From positions 9,739 to 73,738 of the forward strand of contig JAABTF010000004.1 of the NCBI GenBank assembly GCA_011389965.1: a stretch of 64,000 nt of DNA. The letters are read 5' to 3'. The position numbers and the translations under genes are program-made. Origin of the DNA: Halothiobacillus sp. (GTDB lineage: Bacteria; Pseudomonadota; Gammaproteobacteria; Halothiobacillales; Halothiobacillaceae). The notes beneath the pieces were generated by a model that made no database searches, was not told where the DNA came from, and was given only the letters and a program-made list of their open reading frames with translations. Within the stretch, counting starts at the first letter, position 1. Each line of letters opens with the position of its first letter. Shown here piece after piece: positions 52,929 through 62,317 of this stretch.

Positions 52929-53884
52929 GTCCGCGGCCCCTGCGGCAGGTAATCGCCCGTCACCCAATCGTCAATCGCGGCCCTGGAGGGCGGCTGCCCG
53001 CCGTTGGACAGTCGAGGATGGAGCGCGACAATGGCGTCGATCAGCCGGGATCCGTCGGACAGGTAGCGCCGGTTGCTCTCCAGATCGGGTAGCAACACGC
53101 CGGCAATCGATTGCATCACCGTCTGCTCGGCGACACGCTGGACATCGGCAATCCGATAGACGGCGTCCTGCAGATTGATGCGCAGATGGCGCAGCGCCCT
53201 GAAATGGGCACGAATCACCTCAGTGAGCACGTGCCCCACCTTCTTGAGACGGTCGCGCCGCACGGCAAGCACATCGAAGATCAGGTCGGGGAAGTCGCGG
53301 CTGTCGATCAGCCGGCGGGCACCGGCGGCTCGCAGCTGAGAAACGACCGGCTCGTAACTGACCAGCGCATTCACTTCACGGTTACGCCAGGCATCCAGGT
53401 GCTGGTGGGCCGGCCGATCCACCACGATCACGTCATCCCAACCCAGCCCGGCACGGGCCAGCGCGCGATCCAGCAGCAACTCGCCGACACCCCCGATCTC
53501 GACCCCGATGCGCTTGCCGGCGAGACCCGAGAGCGAATCGATCCCCTCCTCTACCAGCAGCACGTCGCCACCGGAGGAAACGTCGAACACCATCACCACC
53601 ACCAGATCCAGACCATGGAGACGCGCTCGAATCACCTCGTCGAGGGTCAACGCGGCCGCATCCACCTCCCCGCGCCGCAGAACGGGGAGCGAATCGCTCA
53701 CCGAATCGAATCGCGACAGCTCTGCGGTGGGAGGCAGCCAGCCGAACTCGGCGGCGAGGAACAGGGTTTCGTATCCGATCCACGGATGGTAGGCGATTCG
53801 GAGGTTCTCTTCCCGGGTCGGGCAACCGGTCAAGAGCGAACTGCCGGCGAACGGGGTGAGCAGCAGAAAGGTGCGTCGTTGCAT
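52925..53884 (-). CDS. NMT1/SsuA-like substrate-binding lipoprotein (Tat-like signal)
   Basis: QRRTFL…LTGC, WIGYE, D.S.GGD, L.GKRIGVE and YEP. Its stop overlaps the cyclase start. Confidence 0.82.
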   Translation of the reverse strand: MQRRTFLLLTPFAGSSLLTGCPTREENLRIAYHPWIGYETLFLAAEFGWLPPTAELSRFDSVSDSLPVLRRGEVDAAALTLDEVIRARLHGLDLVVVMVFDVSSGGDVLLVEEGIDSLSGLAGKRIGVEIGGVGELLLDRALARAGLGWDDVIVVDRPAHQHLDAWRNREVNALVSYEPVVSQLRAAGARRLIDSRDFPDLIFDVLAVRRDRLKKVGHVLTEVIRAHFRALRHLRINLQDAVYRIADVQRVAEQTVMQSIAGVLLPDLESNRRYLSDGSRLIDAIVALHPRLSNGGQPPSRAAIDDWVTGDYLPQGPRT

Positions 53885-54167
53885 GTGCGCTTCGTGATGT
53901 CCCGGGCTCCATCAAGGATGGAAGTTTGTGTTTGCGCGACCGCTCTTCGTTCGTCGGGCGTTATTCGGGACGCTTTCTGCGGAGCCCCGAGCTTATATAC
54001 GGTTATGTGTTCAAGCTATCCAAAATCACAACAAAAGGCCACAGGAAGACGATCGATATGGCCGTTCCGGGCGGAAAATTCGATGAGCCAGGCTATCGAA
54101 ACGAGAACGGCCGGCCCTGAAGGCCGGTCGTGGCGCATCCCGACCCCATAGAAAAGGGGAAGCGGAT

Positions 54168-54821
54168 TCAGGGCTGAACCGTGGTCAGGCCCAACGTATG
54201 CCACATCTGCATGCCACCGCGATACCAATAGATCTTGTCGGCCGGATAGCCCATGGCCAGCAGGGCCCGGATATTGGTGGGTGACTGGCCGCACCAGGGG
54301 CCGTTGCAGAACAGCACCAGTTTCTTCGCCCCGCTGAAATCGAACAGGCCGTCCTGCTTTTGCACGCCGAATTCATCCAGCAACAGGGACTCGGCAACGA
54401 AGGGATCAAAGCTGGAGGATTCCGTGTGGAGTTTCGTCCAGGGAATATTCTGGGCGCTGGGGATGGTGCCCTTGGCATACCAGTCTGGCGTGCGCGAATC
54501 GATGAATACAAACTGCTGCTTACCCAGGGCCCGGTCCGCCAGCATGTTGAGAAGCTCGATCTCGCCGATGGTGTGCACGCCCGGCGCCAGTTGGATGGGC
54601 TGCACGCAGAACGGCGGGCAGGAGCGACTGGTCAGGGTATAGTCCTCAGCGATTCGGTTGTCGGAGTCCTGGTTGCGCTTGATCTCGACGGACTCGCCAT
54701 CATGCTGGACGGTGACCGAGTCAAGGTTCGCCGTCACCTTGACCCGCGGCTCGTCGGCGGCCATGACCAGCCCGGCGGCACTCGCCAGCGCCGCACCAAA
54801 TAACCATTGCTGCATTTTCAT
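54168..54821 (-). CDS. periplasmic rhodanese-domain sulfurtransferase
   Basis: Signal peptide, CPPFC, IDSR...W...GTIPSA.NIP, active-site loop FCNGPWCGQS and YRGGM..W. Confidence 0.85.
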   Translation of the reverse strand: MKMQQWLFGAALASAAGLVMAADEPRVKVTANLDSVTVQHDGESVEIKRNQDSDNRIAEDYTLTSRSCPPFCVQPIQLAPGVHTIGEIELLNMLADRALGKQQFVFIDSRTPDWYAKGTIPSAQNIPWTKLHTESSSFDPFVAESLLLDEFGVQKQDGLFDFSGAKKLVLFCNGPWCGQSPTNIRALLAMGYPADKIYWYRGGMQMWHTLGLTTVQP

Positions 54822-54896
54822 GTCGGTCTCCCGCAGATCGTTTGGATTCCAGGAAAGTTTAGGCACTCACCAAACAGGCTGCAGCGGAGGCGGACG

Positions 54897-56246
54897 TCAG
54901 AAGAGGCAGCGGACCGTCTCGCCACGGCCAATGCCGTAGTAGTGCCAGCCGTCGGCGGCGAGACGCTCGGGGTCGTAGAGGTTGCGGCCGTCGAAGATCA
55001 GCGGTTCACTCAGCGAGGCGCGCATCAGCTCGAAATCCGGGGCCCGGAAGGCCTTCCACTCGGTGCAGATGATCAGGGCATCCGCGCCCTTGAGGGCGGC
55101 ATCCCGCGTGCCCACCAGGGCCATGTCGTCGCGCTGGCCGTAGATGCGCTGGGTCTCTTCCATGGCCTCGGGATCGAAGGCCTGCACCTTGGCGCCGGCC
55201 GCCCACAGGGCCTCCATCAGCACGCGCGAGGCGGCCTCGCGCATGTCGTCGGTGTTGGGCTTGAATGCTAGCCCCCACAAGGCGAACGTCTTGCCCGCCA
55301 GCTGCTCCCGCCCACCGAAATGGGTTTCGACCAGTTGGAACAAGCGGCCCTTCTGCCGACGGTTGACCGCCTCAACGGCATCCAGCAGCAGCGGCTCATG
55401 ATCGACCGCGTGCGCGGCGCGCACGAGCGCCTGCACGTCCTTGGGAAAGCAGGAGCCACCGTAGCCGCACCCGGGGTAGATGAAGTGGTAGCCGATACGG
55501 GGGTCCGAACCTATGCCCAGACGCACGTTCTCGATGTCGGCCCCGAGGCGTTCGGCCAAGTTGGCCAGCTCGTTCATGAAGCTGATCTTGGTCGCCAGCA
55601 TGGCATTGGCGGCGTACTTGGTCAGTTCGGCCGAGCGCAGATCCATCACGATCATCCGATCGTGGTTGCGATTGAACGGGGCGTAGAGATCACGCATGGC
55701 CTCTTCGCTATGCGGATCGCTGGTGCCGATGATGATGCGGTCGGGCTTCATGAAGTCGTTGACCGCCGCGCCTTCCTTGAGAAATTCCGGGTTGGAGACC
55801 ACGTCGAATGCCAGCGACTTGCCGCGCTTGGCGAGCGCATCGCCCACCACCTGGCGCACCTGGTCGCCCGTGCCCACCGGCACGGTGGACTTGTCGACGA
55901 TGACCTTGGGGGCGTCCATGTGCTCGGCGATGGTGGCGGCCACGGCGCGCACGTACTGCAGATCGGCAGAGCCGTCCTCGTCCGGCGGCGTGCCCACGGC
56001 GATGAACTGCAACTCACCGAAGGCGACACCCGCAGCGGCATCCGTGGTGAAGTGCAAGCGACCCTGCTGGTGATTTTCGCGCACGATGGGCTCGAGGCCC
56101 GGCTCGTAGATGGGAATCACGCCGTCATTGAGCTTGGCGATCTTGCCCGGGTCGACGTCCACGCAGGTCACCTCGTGACCGACTTCCGAGAGACAGGCCC
56201 CGGTGACCAGGCCCACGTACCCCGTGCCGAAAATCGTTACCTTCAT
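54897..56246 (-). CDS. ugd: UDP-glucose 6-dehydrogenase
   Basis: [39 protein letters not shown] and FKPNTDDMR. Confidence 0.95.
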   Translation of the reverse strand: MKVTIFGTGYVGLVTGACLSEVGHEVTCVDVDPGKIAKLNDGVIPIYEPGLEPIVRENHQQGRLHFTTDAAAGVAFGELQFIAVGTPPDEDGSADLQYVRAVAATIAEHMDAPKVIVDKSTVPVGTGDQVRQVVGDALAKRGKSLAFDVVSNPEFLKEGAAVNDFMKPDRIIIGTSDPHSEEAMRDLYAPFNRNHDRMIVMDLRSAELTKYAANAMLATKISFMNELANLAERLGADIENVRLGIGSDPRIGYHFIYPGCGYGGSCFPKDVQALVRAAHAVDHEPLLLDAVEAVNRRQKGRLFQLVETHFGGREQLAGKTFALWGLAFKPNTDDMREAASRVLMEALWAAGAKVQAFDPEAMEETQRIYGQRDDMALVGTRDAALKGADALIICTEWKAFRAPDFELMRASLSEPLIFDGRNLYDPERLAADGWHYYGIGRGETVRCLF

Positions 56247-56809
56247 TCCTCTCGCCCTGATTGATTGTCTTGTTGCGGTTCCGCTGTCTCGAGCATGGCG
56301 CGAACCTCCTGAAAGAGTGCTCGGCTGGCACGACCGGTTTCTTCCCGCGCCGCCTCGCTGCGTGCCGCCCGCTGCAACTGGCGCAGATGCTGGACGTCGA
56401 CCTGCGGGAATTGGGCGACGAACCGCGTCACCGCATCCGGGTCCTCGATCAGCGCTTCACGCCAGCGCTCGGCCAGCTGGAACAGGCGCTGGTTTTCCGG
56501 GGAGTTCGGGTCCATGCGGCGCAGACCGGCCTGGATGCCTTCGACATCCTCTTCCCGCATCAGTCGGCCGATGTACTGCATGTGTCGCTTGCGCGCCCCG
56601 CGGGCACGAATGCGCCGAGCAGTGCTGATGGCATCGCGCATGCGTTCGCTAACCGGCAACTGGTCAAGGGCGTCGCTGTCGAGTTCGATCAGGCTCTCAC
56701 CCAGCTTCTGGGCGGCGTGGGCCTCACGTTTCTCCGCGGTCTTGCTCGGGCCCCATTCTTCGTCATCGCCATCAGCGAGGGGATCGTCGGGAAGGTGATG
56801 ATCGGACAT
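56243..56809 (-). CDS. yjgA: ribosome biogenesis factor YjgA (DarP)
   Basis: [28 protein letters not shown] and D.QHLRQL.R.A. Confidence 0.92.
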   Translation of the reverse strand: MSDHHLPDDPLADGDDEEWGPSKTAEKREAHAAQKLGESLIELDSDALDQLPVSERMRDAISTARRIRARGARKRHMQYIGRLMREEDVEGIQAGLRRMDPNSPENQRLFQLAERWREALIEDPDAVTRFVAQFPQVDVQHLRQLQRAARSEAAREETGRASRALFQEVRAMLETAEPQQDNQSGREE

Positions 56810-56879
56810 GGCGTGGCTCGTGGATTCGCAAAACCATGGATTCTACCCAATCGTGCGGCTCAACGCCGAGCGCATCCGC

Positions 56880-57371
56880 TCAAAGGGCTTTTGATTGCCG
56901 CGTTGCGCCGGGATTCAGGCGCCAGACCCGGGCATTGAGCAGGGCGGCAAACGCGACCCAGAACCAGTAGGGCACCAGCAATCCCGCGGCGAGCATGCTC
57001 ACCTGGGCGAATGCGATGATGGTCAGGGTCAGCAACAGCCAGAGCAACAGGATGTCGACCAACGCGGCGGCAATGCGACGACGACCGAAAAACAGCCACG
57101 ACCAGGCGGCATTGAACAACAGGTGGACCAGATACAGGATCAGGCCCGCCGTTCGCCAGACCGAATCGTCCGCTTCGAAAACGCGCCAGGCGGCCACGGC
57201 CATCAGCAGGTAGATAATGCCCCAGGCAATGGGGAAAGCGCGATTGGGCGGAGTCCAGGCCGGTTTCGCCAAGGCGCGGTACCAACCGTCCGGGCGAAAG
57301 AGGCCACCGGTGAGAGCGGTCAGGGCGACCAGGACGATCGAGCCCATCAGGGCGGCTATGGATTCCAGCAT
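56880..57371 (-). CDS. tspO: TspO/MBR tryptophan-rich sensory protein
   Basis: WY..L.KP.WTPP...F..AW...Y, N..WS.LFF and LLVPY..WV.FA..LN. Confidence 0.92.
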   Translation of the reverse strand: MLESIAALMGSIVLVALTALTGGLFRPDGWYRALAKPAWTPPNRAFPIAWGIIYLLMAVAAWRVFEADDSVWRTAGLILYLVHLLFNAAWSWLFFGRRRIAAALVDILLLWLLLTLTIIAFAQVSMLAAGLLVPYWFWVAFAALLNARVWRLNPGATRQSKAL

Positions 57372-57482
57372 GCGGGGCCTCGGGCAGATGCAAAAAAGAA
57401 TCAGCGGCAAGCCTAGCAGCTCGGCACCGACCGCGTCAGGTCGGCGACGGGTAGCCCGACGAGTAATCTAGGGGCAGACCGG

Positions 57483-58619
57483 CTAAGCCGCGCCCGGTTC
57501 GGGAGACGCCGGCGGCAAGAACAACTCACCGATCAGTTCGGTGGCATAACTTCCGGGCGGCAGGGAGAAACTCAATTGCAGGGTGTCATCCGTCTCTACC
57601 GGGCCAATATCGAAGGCGAGATCCTCGATGGGAATGGCTAAGGGGCGACGGTCTGCGGCCACCCGCCAATCGTTGAAGCGCTGCCGCCAGCTATTCGCCC
57701 CCCAGCAGTCGAGCATCATGCCACCCAGAGAGGCCTCCATCTCCCCGACCACAAGCTCCGCTTCACTGCCCGACTCGCCCCACAGTGGGCCGGTCAGGCG
57801 CAAGTCGCCTTCGTTCACGCGGGCCTGCAGGGCGTCCAGCTCGGCGGGCTCCGCCGCGAACCGGCTGCGCGAGCCGGACAGCTGCAGGATGTCCCCCGGA
57901 AGAACGGCGTCGAAGGAGCCATCGGACAGTCGCACCGCCAGCACACGGTCGAAGATCGCCGAGCGCAACGTGGAAATCAGCCAGTTGCGCGCCTGGCGCT
58001 TGGGGCTGCCCCGCCGCTCGCCCTGCCCCCATTCACGCAGCGCCTGGAGGTTGGAGAAACCGCGGCCGTAGCGTTGCTCGCCGAAATAGTTGGCCATGCC
58101 ACGCGTGACGAGAAAGTCCCTACGTGCGGCAAGGTAGCCGGCCAAATCCGACTCGGTATCGGCACCGGCGGGCTGCACATCGTGCAGTAACAACTGAAAG
58201 CGGTTGGCGCGGTGAATGCCACGACGAAGCTTCTTGTCGTGGCGCTCCATCGCCAAGAGGCCGACACCGCGGTCGGCACAGGCACGCGGAAAGGCTTGTG
58301 CATCAAAGTGTTCGTGCGGAATGCTCAGCCATTGACTGGTCACCGCCTGCCGATCCTTGAGGCCGCAAAAACCGATATCCCGCGGCTTGGTGCCGGTAAC
58401 CGATGCGATCCAGTCGACCAACGCCCCGGTGGTCATCTCGCGTTTTTCCAGCCGTAGCAGCCAATGGTTACCTTCGCCGGTGGGCGCAAAGCCCAGATCC
58501 TCGTCCACCCGGAACGATTCGGGGGTGGCCTTGAACCCGGCATGCCACTGGGGAAGACCGCAGGCGCGCGGGCGTTCACTGCCGGGGGCACCCGGCCAGT
58601 CAAGCAAACAATCAGTCAT
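57483..58619 (-). CDS. truD: tRNA pseudouridine(13) synthase
   Basis: FK..PE.F.V.E, GLKDRQAVTSQW, NYFGEQRYG and F.LP.GSYAT. Confidence 0.93.
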   Translation of the reverse strand: MTDCLLDWPGAPGSERPRACGLPQWHAGFKATPESFRVDEDLGFAPTGEGNHWLLRLEKREMTTGALVDWIASVTGTKPRDIGFCGLKDRQAVTSQWLSIPHEHFDAQAFPRACADRGVGLLAMERHDKKLRRGIHRANRFQLLLHDVQPAGADTESDLAGYLAARRDFLVTRGMANYFGEQRYGRGFSNLQALREWGQGERRGSPKRQARNWLISTLRSAIFDRVLAVRLSDGSFDAVLPGDILQLSGSRSRFAAEPAELDALQARVNEGDLRLTGPLWGESGSEAELVVGEMEASLGGMMLDCWGANSWRQRFNDWRVAADRRPLAIPIEDLAFDIGPVETDDTLQLSFSLPPGSYATELIGELFLPPASPEPGAA

Positions 58620-59655
58620 CGAGTCGAGTCGCCAGCCAGTCGATTTTTTCGCCACTGAGGAAAGGCACTACTTGATCGTCACCGGCCTCGAATGCCTCCG
58701 GCACACGCTGATCGACCCGCTGAAGACGCAGGCGGCGTTCATTGATGGGCAGGCCGTAGAAGCGGGGACCGTTGCGACTGGTGAAGGCTTCCAGGGCATC
58801 CAGCCGTCCCAGCGAGTCAAAGACCTGGGCGTACAGCTCCACCGCCACCGGGGCAGTGAACGCACCGGCGCAACCGCAGGCCGACTCCTTGGCCCCGCGC
58901 GGATGCGGCGCACTGTCGGTCCCCATGAAGAACTTGCCCGAGGGGTCGACCGCCGCCTCGAGCAGCGCCTGGCGGTGCTTCTCGCGCTTTAGGATCGGCA
59001 GGCAGTAGTAGTGAGGCCGAATGCCACCCGCCAGCATGGCGTTACGGTTGAACAGCAGATGGTGGGCGGTAATGGTCGCCCCGAGCCGCTCGCCCTGCGA
59101 GCGGACGAAGGCCACCGCCTGAGCCGTGGTGATGTGTTCCATCACCACCCGCAGCCCGGGGAAGCGCTCGAGCATCGGCCCAAGCACGCGCTCGATGAAC
59201 ACGGCCTCCCGGTCGAAGATGTCGACCGCCGGATCGACCACCTCGCCATGCACCAGCAGTGGCAGACCGGTTCGCTCCAGCGCGCCCAACACGGCTTCGA
59301 TCGCCAGGGGGTCGGTTACCCCGTTGTCGGAATTGGTGGTAGCACCGGCCGGATAGAGCTTGACCGCGTGCACCCAAGGATCGGCAGCCGCCTGCTCGAT
59401 CTCGGCTACGGTGGTCTGATCCGTCAGATAGAGCGTCATCAACGGCTCGAACGAGCTGGCCGGGCCAACGGCGGCCAGCACCCGATCGCGATAGGCGTGC
59501 GCCGCGGCGACCGTGGTCACCGGCGGAACCAGGTTGGGCATGATGATCGCGCGGCCGCACTGCCGGGCGGAGAACCGCGCCACCGCCTCGAGCATCTGGC
59601 CGTCACGAAGGTGCAGGTGCCAGTCGTCCGGCTGGCGAATAATCAGCTCATCCAA
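58612..59655 (-). CDS. pyrC: dihydroorotase
   Basis: PDDWHLHLRDG, KLYPAGATTNS, EHITT, YCLPILK and GTDSAPH. Confidence 0.96.
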   Translation of the reverse strand: MDELIIRQPDDWHLHLRDGQMLEAVARFSARQCGRAIIMPNLVPPVTTVAAAHAYRDRVLAAVGPASSFEPLMTLYLTDQTTVAEIEQAAADPWVHAVKLYPAGATTNSDNGVTDPLAIEAVLGALERTGLPLLVHGEVVDPAVDIFDREAVFIERVLGPMLERFPGLRVVMEHITTAQAVAFVRSQGERLGATITAHHLLFNRNAMLAGGIRPHYYCLPILKREKHRQALLEAAVDPSGKFFMGTDSAPHPRGAKESACGCAGAFTAPVAVELYAQVFDSLGRLDALEAFTSRNGPRFYGLPINERRLRLQRVDQRVPEAFEAGDDQVVPFLSGEKIDWLATRLDD

Positions 59656-59709
59656 AAGGGAAAACCTTTTCTAGTTCAATGTATTGATCGCGGAATATCA
59701 CGCGGTTTC

Positions 59710-60195
59710 TTACCAGGAGATGTAGGCATAGCCGTCTTCCTGGTACTCCATCAAGGCGGCGGCACCCACCTGTTCGACCCGCGCGAAGTCCCGCATGTCG
59801 TCTTCGCTGTAGCCCACCGTGTCCATGGTGTTGCCGCAGGCGATCCATTCAACGTCGTAGTTCCTGGCGAACCCCTCCACGCGGGCATATATCTCCGGAT
59901 CGACCTCACGCATGGGGTCTTTCGCCAGGATGTGGATGCCCTTGGCGAAGCAGGCCACGGCAATCTTCACGTTGCCGCCGTACTTGCCGATCATGGCGTT
60001 CATCGAATTGAGGACGTGTGTCTGATAATCGACGTCACCGTGATTGAGCTGGTAGATGACGCGATGGGCCGGCTCGTCGCCGGGAAAGTACAGGTCATCC
60101 TGTGCCTGTGCCTGTGCCTTGCCCACGCCCAGGGCCGCGCCGGCACCGGCCATGACCGTCATGAAACGACGTCGATTTTTGCGGAAGTCCTGCAT
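59710..60195 (-). CDS. Tat-exported DsrE-family protein
   Basis: NRRRFM twin-arginine signal with an AQA cleavage site, IACGNTM and Q..GYAYI. Confidence 0.8.
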   Translation of the reverse strand: MQDFRKNRRRFMTVMAGAGAALGVGKAQAQAQDDLYFPGDEPAHRVIYQLNHGDVDYQTHVLNSMNAMIGKYGGNVKIAVACFAKGIHILAKDPMREVDPEIYARVEGFARNYDVEWIACGNTMDTVGYSEDDMRDFARVEQVGAAALMEYQEDGYAYISW

Positions 60196-60336
60196 CTCTC
60201 CACCTCTTTCACAGTTCAGGCCGATGCCTGGTTCGACCGGATCCCAGCTGCCCTGCCCTTACGGGGAACAGACAACCGCACCCTCTGCATTCATCTTAGC
60301 GTATGCAATTGGCAGACTGTGGTTTGGGCCAGTGGT

Positions 60337-61905
60337 TCAGTCCCGGGATTGGCCCACACGCATCAAAACCACCCCGCCGCGCGCATACAACACCTCACCG
60401 GCAATCTTTTCGGCTCGATCGACACGCGTCAACAGCAGATCGCCCGATCGAGGAGCGCGACGCTCGACCACGCGTTGGGCATACACGCCGAAACTGGGGG
60501 TATTCATGCCTCGCATGACCAGTTCACCCGGCCGATCTCGCGCCATCAGGCCGGCGTCGCGAATCGGTCCCTGCTGCATCTGACCGACGGCATTTAGCAC
60601 CAGGGCATTGACCACCAGGGAGAACGACAGGGCCACGGGCAGCAAAACACGCGGGAGAGACCAGCGCCGCATGGCCCCGGCCACCAGCACCAGCAGCAGG
60701 GCCGCCCCCACCACCAGGTACCAGCCGAAATCGAAGTACCGACCACGTTCGGCCAGCATGTCCTGGACGTAACCGGGCTTGATGCGATCGAAGTTGAGCT
60801 CGACCAGCCAGGGCAACAGCAGGATCAATAGCAAAAAGAGGGCGGGCGGCGCCAGGTGCAGCAATCGATGGCGGACTTGCGGCAGATGCGAGGCCATCAC
60901 CAGCATCAGGCCGACCAGCCCGTAGTTGAGGTAATGCGGCAGCTTGGTGCCGGAGAACGAGAACAGTACCAGGGTGACCAGAAACCAGATCCAGCCGAAG
61001 CGTCGCAATGCCAGCGGCAGCGAGGCGGGCGGGCCATAGGCCGACTGCCAGTCACTGGGAAAGTATCGCAGCGAGGTAAGCACGGCCCCGGTGAACGGCA
61101 GCAACGCCACCAGCGTGACCACGGGGTAATACCACAGCCCGCCCGAATGCCCTTCCATCGGTTCATCGAAACGGGCCACGTTGTTCTTGAGGAAGAATTC
61201 GTCGATAAAGTACTGGCCGTGCTCGATCCACATGGCCACGTACCAGGGCACGGCCACGGCTACAAAGATCGCCAGTCCCTGCCAGTCGAGCACGGCACGC
61301 CACCATGCTCGGCCACGCCCGGTGGCCAGATAGAACAGCAAACTGGTGGCGGCGGGGATCACCACGGCCACCGGGCCCTTGGTGAGAAATCCCAGCGCCA
61401 TGGCCAGGTAGGCCCAGCGTATCCAGCGACGCTCGCCGCTCACCCAGTGATTAAACGTGGCGAACACCGCCCCGGTGAGAAACAACAGTAGGACTGCATC
61501 GGAGATCGCCGCCTTGCCCACCACGGTGGTCATCAGGGAGGTGGCCGCGATCAGGGCGGCGAAAAATGCACTGCGCGCGCCCATGTAGCGGTCGGCGAAC
61601 AGGTAGATCATCCCGATCCACAGGGTCGAGGCCAGCACCGAGGGGAGCCGGAATGCCCACTCATGAAAGCCGAACACCCCCACCGAGGCGGCCTGCAACC
61701 AGTAGATCAGTACCGGCTTGGCGAACCGCGGCTCGTCGTTGAGATAGGGAGTGAGAAAGTCGCCCCGCTCGAACATCGCCCACGTGGCACCGGTAAAGGC
61801 CCCTTCATCCAGGTCGAACAGGGGCAGGCTGCCGATGCCCCAGACGTACCCGATCGCCACGGCCACGGAGAGAACGAGAAAATGCAGGCGGCGCGAATCG
61901 AGCAT
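60337..61905 (-). CDS. ArnT/PMT family (GT83-like) membrane glycosyltransferase
   Basis: FDLDEG, PRFAKP.LIYW, RLPS, LTKGPV and KLPHY, with many TM helices. Confidence 0.88.
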   Translation of the reverse strand: MLDSRRLHFLVLSVAVAIGYVWGIGSLPLFDLDEGAFTGATWAMFERGDFLTPYLNDEPRFAKPVLIYWLQAASVGVFGFHEWAFRLPSVLASTLWIGMIYLFADRYMGARSAFFAALIAATSLMTTVVGKAAISDAVLLLFLTGAVFATFNHWVSGERRWIRWAYLAMALGFLTKGPVAVVIPAATSLLFYLATGRGRAWWRAVLDWQGLAIFVAVAVPWYVAMWIEHGQYFIDEFFLKNNVARFDEPMEGHSGGLWYYPVVTLVALLPFTGAVLTSLRYFPSDWQSAYGPPASLPLALRRFGWIWFLVTLVLFSFSGTKLPHYLNYGLVGLMLVMASHLPQVRHRLLHLAPPALFLLLILLLPWLVELNFDRIKPGYVQDMLAERGRYFDFGWYLVVGAALLLVLVAGAMRRWSLPRVLLPVALSFSLVVNALVLNAVGQMQQGPIRDAGLMARDRPGELVMRGMNTPSFGVYAQRVVERRAPRSGDLLLTRVDRAEKIAGEVLYARGGVVLMRVGQSRD

Positions 61906-62007
61906 TACGGGCGGTCTCGAGGAAAAGATGGGCGGATGACAGGCCAGCGACGGGCTGGGCCGGCGGCAGTATATCAATCCGGACCGATCGGCGGTCACCC
62001 TCGCTAG

Positions 62008-62276
62008 GGAGGCGCTGCACGCATGCCATGCCACTCTGGCTTGGCGAGCCGTGCGTGATCAAGGTGCGTCGTCGCGGGCGTGCCGGTGGCCACGTCAAGA
62101 CGGCGCAACACCGAGCACGGGCGGCGCGCCAGGCCCCGCAGGGCGCGCCTTGAGCCGGGCATCTGCCGCGTTGTCGTCCTTGGAAAGGGAAGCACCCTTC
62201 CGCGGCGGCGGACGAGCGCCTTGCGTCTGCCCGGCTCAAGGCACGCAGAGCGGTATGGCATGCGTGCAGCGCTTAC
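62008..62276. mobile_element. MITE (non-autonomous, IS5-like) with ~31-bp terminal inverted repeats and CTAG flanks
   Basis: Left end GGAGGCGCTGCACGCATGCCATGCCACTCTG matches the right-end reverse complement GTAAGCGCTGCACGCATGCCATACCGCTCTG. CTAG lies at 62004-62007 and 62277-62280. Confidence 0.75.
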
Positions 62277-62317
62277 CTAGGGGTTGACGCTACAATAGGG
62301 TTTTTGCCGACACCCTG

